A stretch of 43,491 nt of DNA from Phoronis australis (Eukaryota > Animalia > Phoronida), in assembly GCA_002633005.1 (NCBI GenBank), contig NMRA01000208.1, positions 169,521-213,011 of the forward strand, given 5' to 3'. The notes under the pieces are model-generated. The model was not told the DNA's origin. It ran no database searches and saw nothing but the letters and a program-made list of their open reading frames with translations. The translations under genes were made by a program, and so were the position numbers. Positions 1 to 13,300 of this stretch are shown here, in pieces (the stretch's first letter is position 1; each line of letters starts with the position of its first letter).

Positions 1-519
1 TGCAATCAGCCGCTCTTGAGATATGATGTTCCGAAGTTAACCATATATATATATATATTCGCCCATCGTCGGATTATTTCATTTGCCTATAGATCGGGAT
101 CAAGGTAACCACTTTACTGAATCCTTCTTATTGCTGGGAATTTAGGGGGATATCTCTGATTTACTGGGAATTTTTCTTGCATTACTGCAGGTCAAGTTTG
201 GCTAGGAATGTAGAGGACCCTTATCTTGTTCTTAAGGAAAGGTAAAATTTTGTTTGACAATTCCACGTCAACGACGATTAAAGATTAACAGTGGAATTAT
301 TTCTTTGATTACTCAATGAGAAACAGTCAACTGGTAATCCTTCATCAGTATAATGTTGCTCAAAAAACTTTGCTATAAATACAAGAGTTTCCGGTTCCAT
401 TAAAGTGGCATTTTTAGCGAGGAAGGCAGTTTTTTTGTCTCAGTGCGTATTCGAATCTGTTATTTTAACAGTTGCAATCTAATTCACTGCTGGTGGAGTT
501 AAAGGACATTGGATAAACG

Positions 520-585
520 GCAGTATACTTCACTGATAATGTATTGTCTTGCAGTATACTTCACTGGTAAAGTATTGTCTTGCAG
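520..585. repeat. 31-bp direct repeat x2
   Basis: gcagtatacttcactg.taa.gtattgtctt twice. Confidence 0.8.
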
Positions 586-3150
586 ACAGCGACAAGAATT
601 GCGAAAAAATACAAAAAAACGAACGGATTTCATTGTTTTAAAGTCCTGTTCAAAGTCAATGACTTCAAAAAGTCGACCACATCCAACAACTGCGTTTTTC
701 GGTCGTAAAAGTGATAATGTGCCTTTAAAAAACGTAAGTAGGTTCAGAGGCCAACTTCGTTGCCACAGTTACAACATCACTAGGTATACTGTTAAATATA
801 ACGGTGTAATGGACGTGAAAATGCAGGCTTACGAGCACTGGTCCCCGTGGTCTGCTCTAGTCATGTTTTATTCATCTTCATTAAGGACCTAGACCTAGAC
901 TGCAGGTTACGACAGCCAGTCCTACGGACACACTGTTCATTAACCCCGAAATTGAGCCTTTAATCAAAATGTACATTTACTCTGCAGCGGCGTGGCACAT
1001 GTACACAGTTTTTATCTAGAAACAAATAGCTTTTTTGTTGATTCAGCTCTGAAGGTGACCACTGTGTTCAGTCAGAGACTGGCATGAACCCAAATCCCTC
1101 TTCCTGATGGACAGGTGATGTTCAAATGCAACTAAAAATAATCAATAATTCAAAGGTGTCGCTACATATACCAAGGCGTCTAATACCAGATATTGCCCTT
1201 ACAGCTTTTCGTATTTCGTATTGTTAATTGTGCAACGCTTCAGTGCTTGAGCAAAGCAAACGCTAGTTATACGTTCACTGCCTTCAGTGAACAACAGACT
1301 GTCCACAAAATGTTTACTGTGTATAAAGAATGTGGTTTGGGCCAGCGTACTGAATTCACAAATTAACTGAATAGGCTTATAATTGCAATGAGATAGATAA
1401 TATGCTAGATGTGGGCAAGCGACAAGGCGGTCCCTGGGGGAGGGGGCATGAACAGAAATTCATTACCTCAGTTAATGAGGTAACTGGTGAAAGGTACGCC
1501 AAAGAAGCGAATCGTTGCCAGTACGAGGGCTAGCCAAGTTTACCGAAAGCTCCAAATATCCGGAGGCAGAGGCAGTTATCACTACCTCGAGCACACATTA
1601 TTTTCTAGCTCAGTCTTAACACTCATTACAAATCCACTGGATAGCTGAAGTAGAATATAAGGGTTATTCATCGTTTTGGTATAGCAATCATCTGAATCAA
1701 CTTACGGAAATCGACGTTATCGCAACTGATCTCGTGTCAAATTTGCGTCTCGTTCACATGCATCCACAGAAACAGGCCTTCAAGTTTACCGGCAATGAAC
1801 GCCGAAGTATGCCGCGGAAACTCAGAACGACTTCCGGCCAACCGCTGGATTACCTGATCGATATTTGACTCACCTACCAATACGGCGGAGAGCGAGCCAA
1901 AATAAAAAGCCGCTTGAATGTGTTTGTCGAGAGGACAATAAACAGTCGAGCCTCGCTTTAGTCCATGCTCGCTGCTTGCCTTTCGGCCTATTCTCATTGT
2001 TAAACCCAGTCCACACACTCAGATTAGCCATGATCAGTGTGTAGATGGTATTCGTGTATCGTCTGTGAGGGACTCACTTGGTTGATTCATGGATTATAAC
2101 GTCGTTTTTAATTTAGCTTTAAATAGGACGGTCACTCACCGGCTGGTGCCTATATTGGACTCGTTATTAGAACACCTACGCCGTTGATTATTTTATTTCT
2201 GTTCTCTCCAGACGACGGCTTATTTACTTAGAATATGTGGTTGATAGATCGTAACGTAAATTATAGGTGGCCAACCCAACCGGGTCTGCTTTACAAAATC
2301 CCATGATTCATGCGAAATTGCTAATCCGCCAGGCGTCAGTACTAGCTCGGGTAGTTAAATACTGAGACCCGGTAGCCGTAGCACTTAGGGATAGATGAAC
2401 GACCGTGTACACATTGCCTATGTAACGGGAATCGGCGGGTAGCACCGATCTATTAGAATCTATATAAGTCGACTATTCGTAGCCGATAAAAATTACTGCT
2501 GCGCTGTGTACTTTTTCACTCGTTCGTATCGCATACGAGCGAGTATCATGGCCGTGACAACTTATAGAGAGTGAAAAAAGAGAAAAGTAGACATATATAT
2601 ATAATGAATTTATTATGCGCTAAATATATAATACAAATCTACTAACCATTACAACACACCATCAGCTTCCGTTGTCATCTCGGTTTTAACCAAAATCACC
2701 CATGCCAAGAAAAATACCAGAGCTTGAAAAATACGCCGTAAAATGTTTACGTCAGAATATAAAGACCCACAAAACAGAAACGGCTAATTAGTTTGGTTGG
2801 GATTCCTTGCAGATACGACCAAGACCTGGCAGAATCCGAAGCCTGAATGTCTGGAACCCATTTTGGGCGAATTCGCTCTACGAATGTACCGAAATATGCT
2901 GAAATAGGGGTCTCAAGTTATATTAAAATGCAATTAAAATGCATGGTGAAAATTCCGTCATCGGAAGTACCAAATAAGGAGATCCACCTATAGACACCCA
3001 TTTAAAATATAATTGACCACTCTAGCTTCTGGAAACGAACACAGACTCGACCCACGACTCCATCAATAGACGGCACTCCCCGGCGTCACACCTATACCTG
3101 TAATATTTTTAAAGACCAAAGCGATTAAAATTCAACATTGAAAGATACAG

Positions 3151-3315
3151 CGGTGAAATGTCCCTTTGAAAGTGTTCAGTAGCCATCGGTGAAATGTCCC
3201 TTTGAAAGTGTTACCCATCGGTGAAATGTCCCTTTTGAAAGTGTTAGCCATCGGTGAAATGTCCCTTTGAAAGTGTTACCCATCGGTGAAATGTCCCTTT
3301 GAAAGTGTTATCCAT
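3151..3315. repeat. Minisatellite, ~31-36 bp x5
   Basis: ccatcggtgaaatgtccctttgaaagtgtt repeated. Confidence 0.9.
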
Positions 3316-3980
3316 AGGGAGGAGGGGGCGCTCGTGACCCGACCAAACCAGTTTTAGAGGTTACACGAACATTTTCACATGAAGAATTGTTGACAAACGT
3401 CATCTACGGAATTTGCCGTTTGCGTGGAAAGTGATATCTCTATAATCGAACTTCACTGCATCCAAAATTCATTGACGCATAACCGTCTAACAAATTTGTT
3501 TTCAATTCAAAAAACCCATTACGCATCAGGACGTCAATTTTAGTAGACGAATAGTGTCAGAATATAGAGTGACACTGTTTTTAGTTGTATTTTGTTTTGT
3601 GGTTCTGTTTGATTGGCATGACTCCTGAGTTCAGTACAGTGATGATGTAATTTGTTTACTGCAGTATAGTGCGGAACTTTCAAGTCTAGAAGACTTATAG
3701 CATGACAGTGATTAATGCAGTCAGGAATATTCTAGAGATTAGTACATGATTGTAGAATGATTGGGTAGATTCTGACATGCGTGCTTGAATGACCAGAACA
3801 TTGCATTTGTCTATAGGCCTACACAAGCACGGGTTTGTATTAGTCAGTAAAAGCAGTTGGCACATAAAAATTGAAATCAGTAGTACTGGAGAGTTACAGT
3901 TGAGTTGCCGAACGTGTCTCCGAAGTTCATCACAAGTCGAGACTTCGCAGCACTGGCTGGAGCGTAGAACAGACATTACG

Positions 3981-4235
3981 CATGCGCGCATATATGCGTA
4001 TATATATATATATGGGGAGCTCGAATACCTGACTTTGTGGACCTTTTGGTAAGAAAAAAGCGGGCGAACTATAAAAAAGCGGAAGCACCAATGTGGATTG
4101 CGCGTTTGCGCATGTTTAATGGACATATGCCTCATTTTCTCGGACTTTTTGTCTCTCTGAGGCGGACCTTTTTGCCCACTTCGCCAAATGGGGGGAGGGG
4201 GGCTTGTTCGAGCCCCCTCCCTGGGTGCACGCATG
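3981..4235. mobile_element. Unclassified MITE with 6-bp TSD
   Basis: Ends CATGCGCGCA / TGCACGCATG; ATTACG at 3975-3980 and 4236-4241. Confidence 0.65.
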
Positions 4236-5877
4236 ATTACGTTGGACGTTTTGTTTGAGTAGGCTTCTGAACGTACGGTCGAGATCAATAAAGTTAGTAA
4301 CTCGAACCAGTCTTCAGTCTATCGTCGCACCGAAAGCTATTAGCACCGGTTGGTGACCACCTGCGCCCACCCACACACGGGGAAAAACGTGACAGGCAGA
4401 AAACAATGATCACCCATTTCTTAGCCCGGAAATTATAAAAATGAACCCTCCCCACCCTGCCCTTTCAGTTGTCCCCGAGAGACACCGGACAAAACTACTA
4501 CAAAATGAACAGCCGATCATTCCAGACAGAGTACAAATGACACAAAATTTCATCTTAGAAGAACACTGCTAGAACCTCAAAACTTCCGAGGTAACAAAAA
4601 CATCTAAATTCCATATTACTCAACACTACCAGCAAACGGGCCTGTGTGAGAAAAAAAACAGCATGGATTGGACCGGTGTTGAAAATTTGATCTCAGTGCA
4701 CTTAATATTCAAGAACCTGGCAAAACTGATACAAGACTGAAGCACAAAGTGAACGGACAGAAAATTAGCACTGTAGAAAAGGGCCCAACAGAAACCTCAA
4801 AAGGACCCACAAAACTGAGCAGCCTAGAAATTTATCGGCACCATGTGTTAGTGGGCTCATGTATTATCGAACTTCGTGATTTGGTAATCGTATTTTGACA
4901 AAACTTCTCAAGAGAACTTGCGTACTATTATTATTAACAGTCAAGATATACATTCAATATTGAGTACATACATTACCACGGACTAAGTCTGCTTTTGTCG
5001 GGGGCCGATTGAGGGTACAGATATATTATTATGATGAGAACACCATCAATAGTGTAGAAACTATAGCGATGCCGTGATACAACGGCTCCCTACTTATCGA
5101 AAGCCTTTTAGTCTGTCGGTGAATGTTTGACTAGCAGTTATGACCACAATGTCACTGGTAGGTACTTGGCCAGATAGCCAAAAGAAAGCTCAAGACCCTG
5201 TGCCTCATATTACGCCGACGTTTCGATATACCCCATCACAATACTGATGGTGACATTGAGGAATATCGAAACGTCGTAATATAGCGTCTTGCTTTTCAAA
5301 TTAACTTTCTAGGGATGTTTACGTTCCCAGGTTCCACGGGTTTGTCCACCAGTTAAAGTCCTGGAAAATTAGCACATTTAATTGTTCCTCATGTAAGAGC
5401 ATTGACTTTAATTTTCCAGCACTGAGGAATTAGTTCGATGTCCGACAATGTTAAGAAAGCTGACCAGACTACGATTTTTCTCCTGGATCCAAAGACAAAA
5501 TGCTTACTGAGCCTATATTATGTAACCACATGGATTTGACCGCCAGCGCGAAATGATTCACCCTGATCGCCTGTGAAGGTGCTAGACTACGCGGTAGCCC
5601 TTGATTTCAACGGATGTCTAACAGACAACGGCGAGAATTTGCCATTTGCAATAAAATCACAACACAACGTAGCTCCAGTCGAAGTTAATAACTTTACCGC
5701 ATTGCCGCGCCGGTTAGGTTCATTGGCTCATCTGTGCCAAACTGCTCAGTTGCATGCGAAACTTAGGCGCATGCGCCAGTATACGAACCACTCGGGTAGA
5801 AAGGGCACGGAATAAGGCATTGTGTCTGATGCAGGCCCATAGGCCTAAAGGCGAGGCAAAACGTTAATACAAAACTT

Positions 5878-5923
5878 AACAATAACAGCAATAATAACGA
5901 TAACAACAACAACAATAATAATG

Positions 5924-5953
<30 letters not shown>
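5878..5953. repeat. (AAC/AAT)n microsatellite
   Basis: aacaataacagcaataataac...aataataata. Confidence 0.9.
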
Positions 5954-5954
<1 letters not shown>

Positions 5955-6035
5955 ATTTATTTGAATCCAAAATTCACTTGCGCGAACACTAAGGAATAAT
6001 TACAACAGAGAAATTCATGTTTTCCAACCAAATCC

Positions 6036-6537
6036 CCGGTCTTGACGTATTTCCGCTGTTCATCATTTATTTATAACATTTAGAACACTGAACTAGCCTG
6101 TTCTTGACGTTTTCCGGTGTTCACCCTTCATTAGGACTCACCAGCCTGGTCTTGACGCATTTCCGGTGTCAATCAATTTTCAGAAAATTTAGAAAAAGCT
6201 CAGTCTTATTTCCGGTGTTCAATCAGAACATTTAGGACCAGCCTGCCTCCTGTTCAGTAACGTTAGGACCTCGCTAAAAAGCAGGACTTCACAAAATTAC
6301 GTGAGATATTTCGGGTGTATTTTAAGTGACGGAGAGCACGTGACTTAAGCTAAGATTTTTGCTAGGTCCTAGCGTAGGTCCTAGCGTTACTGAACGTACG
6401 CCCGGTGTTGACGTATTTCCGGTGTTCAATCAATTTTCAGAACATTTAGAACAAGGCTCGGTCTTGACGTATTTCCGGTGTTCAATCAATTTTCAGAACA
6501 TTTAGAACAAGGCTCGGTCTTGACGTATTTCCGGTGT
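6036..6537. repeat. Degenerate ~55-bp tandem repeat interrupted by a MITE
   Basis: Recurrent ggtcttgacgtatttccggtgttcaatcaattttcagaacatttagaac. Confidence 0.85.
6252..6401. mobile_element. Short MITE of the same TIR family as 37314-37682
   Basis: gttcagtaacgttaggacc ... ggtcctagcgttactgaacgtacgc. Confidence 0.65.
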
Positions 6538-7426
6538 CCAGTTATATACTGGGGAACCCAATGTTCGTCCGCCTAAGCATAAAACCGACTTGCTGTTGTA
6601 CTCACCGAATTATTCCACTTCAAAGTTATGATCTGAATAGGATTCGATTTAACTCTCACAGATATACCGCATTCATCGATTCGGAAGTTTTCTTTAATTT
6701 GTGCCGAGTTATTTCAAATGTGCACTGCCTTCGGCAGCCATTTTATTNGCTGTCACATACTGAAGAGATCTAGTTGCTATTCCTTATGAATGGCTGAATG
6801 AGTTGGATGAGGTAACTGCAGTCATGAACCGTCACTCCTGAGCAGCTCACGAGTTACAAAGTCTAAAAACAACAACAAGTAAGGCAAATGACCAAAAAGA
6901 CCGTTTTTAAAATAGTACCTGTCTTTGAATTTTTAAAATCAATGCATCGTAAGAGAAATGAGTGAATAGGTTTTCTTCAGCATTGTGGCTAAGCCACGAA
7001 CATTGAATCGATTAGGACAGGTTAATCACAGTCTGGCTTAGGCGTTGGGCCAACAAAACCCAAAGTGTTAGCATAGGAGTTGTCTCGTGAAGAAAACGGC
7101 GCTTGATTATTTAAAAGTTACTTATTAAAACAACTTATCAAATCTGACTTTTGACCAATATAAATGTGACACATCTTCTGTTAATGTACAGCTTACACTC
7201 ACTGACGATGACTGAGCAGGAATTACTTGAGGATAAAACAAACTTTTTATGTTGAGGCAGCTTTCTCAAGTTAGCATATTGTTGTTAATGACTCTGAAGT
7301 CCCCAAGACCGATGAAGAAAAAATGCTACAAGAAAGTGTCAAGTTCTCACAAATTGATTACTTTTAAATGAAAAATTAAAGTCGTTGGGAGTGGGAGAGT
7401 GTAAGCAGGTTCATAAAATAAGATAA

Positions 7427-8452
7427 TATAAGTGATAAGGTATGAACAGTTTTAGTTGTTCAAATATAAGTGATAAGGTATGAACAGTTTTAGTTGTTCA
7501 AATATAAGTGATAAGGTATGAACAGTTTTAGTTGTTCAAATATAAGTGATAAGGTATGAACAGTTTTAGTTGTTCAAATATAAGTGATAAGGTATGAACA
7601 GTTTTAGTTGTTCAAATATAAGTGATAAGGTATGAACAGTTTTAGTTGTTCAAATATAAGTGATAAGGTATGAACAGTTTTAGTTGTTCAAATATAAGTG
7701 ATAAGGTATGAACAGTTTTAGTTGTTCAAATATAAGTGATAAGGTATGAACAGTTTTAGTTGTTCAAATATAAGTGATAAGGTATGAACAGTTTTAGTTG
7801 TTCAAATATAAGTGATAAGGTATGAACAGTTTTAGTTGTTCAAATATAAGTGATAAGGTATGAACAGTTTTAGTTGTTCAAATATAAGTGATAAGGTATG
7901 AACAGTTTTAGTTGTTCAAATATAAGTGATAAGGTATGAACAGTTTTAGTTGTTCAAATATAAGTGATAAGGTATGAACAGTTTTAGTTGTTCAAATATA
8001 AGTGATAAGGTATGAACAGTTTTAGTTGTTCAAATATAAGTGATAAGGTATGAACAGTTTTAGTTGTTCAAATATAAGTGATAAGGTATGAACAGTTTTA
8101 GTTGTTCAAATATAAGTGATAAGGTATGAACAGTTTTAGTTGTTCAAATATAAGTGATAAGGTATGAACAGTTTTAGTTGTTCAAATATAAGTGATAAGG
8201 TATGAACAGTTTTAGTTGTTCAAATATAAGTGATAAGGTATGAACAGTTTTAGTTGTTCAAATATAAGTGATAAGGTATGAACAGTTTTAGTTGTTCAAA
8301 TATAAGTGATAAGGTATGAACAGTTTTAGTTGTTCAAATATAAGTGATAAGGTATGAACAGTTTTAGTTGTTCAAATATAAGTGATAAGGTATGAACAGT
8401 TTTAGTTGTTCAAATATAAGTGATAAGGTATGAACAGTTTTAGTTGTTCAAA
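7427..8452. repeat. Minisatellite, 38-bp unit x27
   Basis: tataagtgataaggtatgaacagttttagttgttcaaa head-to-tail, no spacers, no variants seen. Confidence 0.97.
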
Positions 8453-9174
8453 TGATTTTTATAAGAAAAAATCTATTAACAAGTTCTACAAGACAGTTTC
8501 TATGAAAAGGTGCGACAAGTTTGTGTTGCTTCAGCTTCCTAATTTAGCAATTAACGGATGACCTGCAATAACTTGCAGTTTCCATTCGTTCTTCCTATTC
8601 ATCTGTCTGTGATGTGTGTTATGTATTATATTGTTGGTGTTACTATGCACCCACATACATTTATGAGGGTGCAACTTGTCAAAGTCCTTCACCAGGGAGA
8701 ATGCATCACCTATACTTCTTATAGGATCTTCGTGAAATTCTCTAGGTGTATGTATATGATGATGACACCTGCCCATTTTCACATGGAACCTCCCCCTAGT
8801 GGCAATTTCAGTATTTTGCCGTCTTTACTGGGTAATATTTTGCCAAACCGGGAATCGTTCAGAAATTTGCCCAACATTTTTCAATTTATGGTAACTAATG
8901 TTTGATTTTTGTACAAGTTTGACTACTGCGGTTTTTGACATATCAAGTGGACACCCGCACAGGATATTAAATGTTATTTATATAGAAATTGTTTATTAAT
9001 CTACCACTTTAACTGCATTAAATTTTAAGTGTCGATGGCATTTCCTTATGACAGGAAAAGATGAATGATGAAGTGAAAATACTTTGGATCATTATGTTCA
9101 ATTGTGGACAGAACTGGAACAAGTACCATCTTCAACAGCATAAACAAATTTTTTAATTCACTAATGCAACACAT

Positions 9175-9180
9175 TTTATT
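9175..9180 (-). promoter_or_regulatory. Candidate HERC2 polyadenylation signal AATAAA
   Basis: tttatt on + about 860 nt past the stop, followed on the minus strand by T/GT-rich sequence; other candidates not excluded. Confidence 0.35.
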
Positions 9181-10036
9181 CAACAAAACCAAAACCAATC
9201 CGTACGATGTCTACACACAAAAGTCAACTTGATGGGCCAAAATTTACACATTTGAGCAAATCAAAACAAACAGCTGTGAAATTGCCATCAAAATTATTTT
9301 AACTTTCAAAGAGCTTGACAGCACTCCAGGAGGCAAAACATTGGACATACAATAAAATTTGAAAATTTTACAGTGTCAAATTGAAATACAAAACCAGCTG
9401 TTTTAAAAATATTTGAAATGAGACAGTAATAAGTACAAAATGGGACACAAGGAATTTTACGATCATTAAAAGACATTTAGCCTGTATCTGATACAGCTAT
9501 ATTTCACTACAAGCAAGCTGATGGCATTTGCGGAAAGTGGTGACCTGTTTCAGTCAAGACCACTATTAGACTTCAGGCCCATTTTTATCGAATCAACAAT
9601 TATTCTATGTAATAGGGCAAACTTGGCGTCTGAAGGTTGTATTTTGTTTGGGCATGTGCCATATTACATTTGAGTATTAGTCAGTTCCACAATCATACAA
9701 CAATACAGCATCCTGTGGTACACCTCTGTGTCCCATAAAACCAGTAACACATACACAATAGTCAAGCTCAACAGTAAAGAACCAATAACATTGACCGTAA
9801 CAACATCAGGCTGTGAACAACCAATAAATGACCAATGAGCACAATAAGTACAAACCGTACTCCATCCTCCATACAGTTACTGGAGACAAAGTCACAGACT
9901 CCAATCAACAGTTTTCCAAATGTTTCAAAACAAAAAAGTTACGACACTCATGCAATGGTTTAACAGACTTTAAGACTTCTCTGACATCACAAAGATATGC
10001 TCTATGATATCAGTTTTACAAATATGAGCCACTGCA

Positions 10037-10372
10037 CTACAGTGTGTGATCCATTCTGCCAATGAACGCGCGGCAGGAGTTCCACTCTTCGTCAGAACCA
10101 CTTTGGATGTCTGGCTCAGAGCTGGAGTCACTTGACAGTGTGCCCAGACATTCGTCACTCTGACTGTCTTCACTCGACTCTTCCTCAATTGGTTCGCCGC
10201 TGAGCGCGATGCGGGCGTAGTCGTCCGTGTCAATTGACTTACAGAAGTAAATGGCATACTTGAGCTTCTCGCGCAGTACCAGTTTACAAGAGTAGCGTGG
10301 CATCTTGAGCAGAAAAAAGCACGTGTAGCTCTCTGGTAGGAAGTGGTCTGCAGGGTTGTACTTGTCCAGCAC
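10037..10372 (-). CDS. HERC2: HERC2 last coding exon (HECT catalytic Cys, acidic tail, stop)
   Basis: CAG|[28 protein letters not shown]...DHTL*. Confidence 0.94.
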   Translation of the reverse strand: MLDKYNPADHFLPESYTCFFLLKMPRYSCKLVLREKLKYAIYFCKSIDTDDYARIALSGEPIEEESSEDSQSDECLGTLSSDSSSEPDIQSGSDEEWNSCRAFIGRMDHTL

Positions 10373-13300
10373 CTGCAAGGTGGGTTTGTATCAAAAGTTA
10401 CATGACTAAAGGGGAACTTACAAGCCTTATTTGACAGATCAAAGCAAGCTTTAATATATCCCTCGGGAAAACCTCTAATCTGGCCAAAGGAAACTTAGCT
10501 CAGCTTAATTCATCTTTCTGGAGAACCATTTAACTTGGCTCGAGGAGTATGACTTCCTTATCCCTGGTAGAAATGTCAATGTGAAATTTAACATAATTTA
10601 ACAAAATTTCTCATTGTCATAGTATGGTTGTGATCAACACCAACCTGTAACACAAAGTCACGTCCTCGAAAGTCCGCGATGGTGCGTGGAAGGCGTGTAC
10701 GTCCCCAGACAAATCTCAGGAACAGGGATCGCTCATTGTTGGTGAACTCCTCCATGACCTCCCAGAACCACTGAACAAGGGGCGCACTCGATTCAATGCC
10801 CTTGTATGTGGCCACAGACTTGAGTAAGTTCAAGGGAATGTCTGGACTGCCACACACCTACAACCAAACAAAACAACCTTAATCACTTCCTAGCATCTGG
10901 GAGAGTGAGTGAAGAGCTTTACAAAACAGCATTTGGTCATGAGATAAAAAAAATTCCACGTGTAATGAATCTCTTTCATATTGCTACATTCTGAAAAACA
11001 AATGTTTTGAAAAATTTGGGTTTGTCGTTCAAGCCTTGAATAGTTTGCAGTGAGTTTCTGAGAAAACCAGTCTTACAGTGGGTATACTGATCATTGACAG
11101 ATCCTGTGGTAAAAGCTTCCTGTTGCTACTCTATCTAAGGAAAGTGACCACAACATATAATTCCATTTCCAGTGTATTTTGTGTATATCATGCAGTACCA
11201 TGCTCTATTATGTCCACCTGTCCCCACTATCCATGAGGGGTTTATCATCATTTGTTCATACAGTGAGATCACAAGTTTTGTGTGAGAACAACTGAAGTTT
11301 AAGCATTCAATATTCTCACCAGAAATGCACATGTGTTGCTTGAGATGAGGGTCAACTGATCCCCACTACGGTCACCAGCCAAGTGGGCTCAAATGCAATA
11401 AACCTACCATTGTCTCCAACTCATAACCAGTGAAGAGTGATAGCAGTGGAACAGGTATGACCCGCGACATGCCTTCTCGCACCCATGATACTTGATCATC
11501 AAACTCATGCAATCTGAATAGACAAACAAAACAAATATTGACATTCTGCCATCAGACTTTTCTATTGTGATGAAAATGTTTTTCACACAATCGCCTTGAT
11601 GTAATCTCAATTTTAGTAGACTCCACATTCCACAACGAAAATAATTTCCATATTCAAAATTACGGAAATTTAGTGTTTCTTTCAAGTGGCATAGCATGCT
11701 GCCACTATGATGTTACTGAAACTTAACACACCTGTAATTAAGAGCCTGTCGTATATACTCTGCCCTATTCTCCACCGTGATCCGGGTGAACTTTGAACTC
11801 AGGTGTACTTCCTGTCCTGCAGCACTAGGTGCACTGAATGGTAAGTCTGTGGCCAGCAGGGCATCTTCAGCCATGTCCTTGATACACATCAACCCTATTG
11901 AGGGGAGGGGTTCAGTATACAATTAGTCTAAGGTTCAAAACAATACAACTACAGAGTGCAAGCACATGTACATCCATTTATCATATATGACGGAAATGAA
12001 TATGCTTGACAATAAAAAAACGTCAAAGCATCCTCTTAAGATTTGTTCTGTTCATGTTTATAAGGTACTCATCAGTTGGCTATAGTGAATGCTGTTCTAA
12101 ACTACTAATTCTTTTGTCCATTGAGGTGTCTTGCATACAGCCCAACTATAAAACAACAAACCCTGACAAAACACTTCTAAAATGTTTGTTGCAAGCAGTA
12201 CTCATTGCAACCAAATCAATTTGCATGCAGTGCAGTTGTTTTTGGATGTGTGAAATGGAACATAATTAGTGAATGAACTCTAAACAAGGCTCGCTGCAAC
12301 ACCATTTGACTATTAGAGCATTAAGTAACTTAGTTCATTCAAAAGTGAGCCCCCATACAAAAGTTAAATTTTTTTCAGAAATCAACATTGCCCAAATTAA
12401 CACGTGTTGCGTTGGGCAAAGGCAGATTTCACCCAAACCACAAAAACATTAAATCACATTAAGCAATGTTGTTCCCGCTGGTAATGTAATGTTCTTAAAC
12501 TAACCAGGGACAAATGTTTTGTCAACTTCTGTCAAGTCGGTCACAGTTAGTGGCATGCCTGCAATCTGTTTCCAGGCGGGTTCAGCTAGACTTAGGCTCA
12601 ATGGACTGCCTGTACGGATACCAATACCCATCAGCATTCCTGTAACAATTGAAAACAGAATTGATGTGATATTGCATGGTAACATTCACACACCATTGAC
12701 ACCAATATAGTTTACCAGAGTGAATAGTGAAAATGCAAAGTACAAATGTTACTATTTGGGAAATGACACAAGCCAGATTATCCGTTAAGCTAAATAAGCT
12801 TAGGCGCCGCACAAAATCGGGGACCCATCTCATTGCTACAAGGGCTCCTCACTCGGGAGAAGTAGTACCTGAAAAATTGTGGCAACCAGAGACTGAGGTG
12901 AAGTGCAACATATTCTACAACTCGAGCACCCCGCAATAACTTACCCAAGAACTTGAACATGTTCTGATGTACAGCTGTGCGGCACGTTGGATTCAACAAG
13001 AAGCAGTCCCTGTTGGCACCAGACTCGTCGCGCCCATTTGGTGTTACTATGAGTATTGGTGTCGAGCCGTTCTGCAGTTCATCACACATCTCAGCAATGG
13101 ACTCACTGTAACCCCCTCCACAGTCGTCTACTGATTCCCCTACACACAAAAAGAAGGCACAATGTCCTAGCCATACATTAGAGTGATAGCTCAAGTGAAA
13201 GCCCACATTCAAACACTTTGTGTTAAGACTGACAAGACGCATGTAATTCAGAGGTGGCCGGACAGGGCAGAATCAGAGTCAAGTACAGCTGAACAAAAGA

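Noticed and set aside
509-5815. ORFs 509..892, 1737..2018, 3695..4288 and 5573..5815 as genes
   Set aside because: No recognisable motifs; they mostly use non-ATG starts, and some overlap repeats or a MITE
6725-6737. CTTCGGCAG as another U6 fragment
   Set aside because: Only a 9-nt match with no flanking U6 similarity
7427-8452. CRISPR array
   Set aside because: Units are contiguous with no unique spacers, there are no cas genes, and the context is eukaryotic
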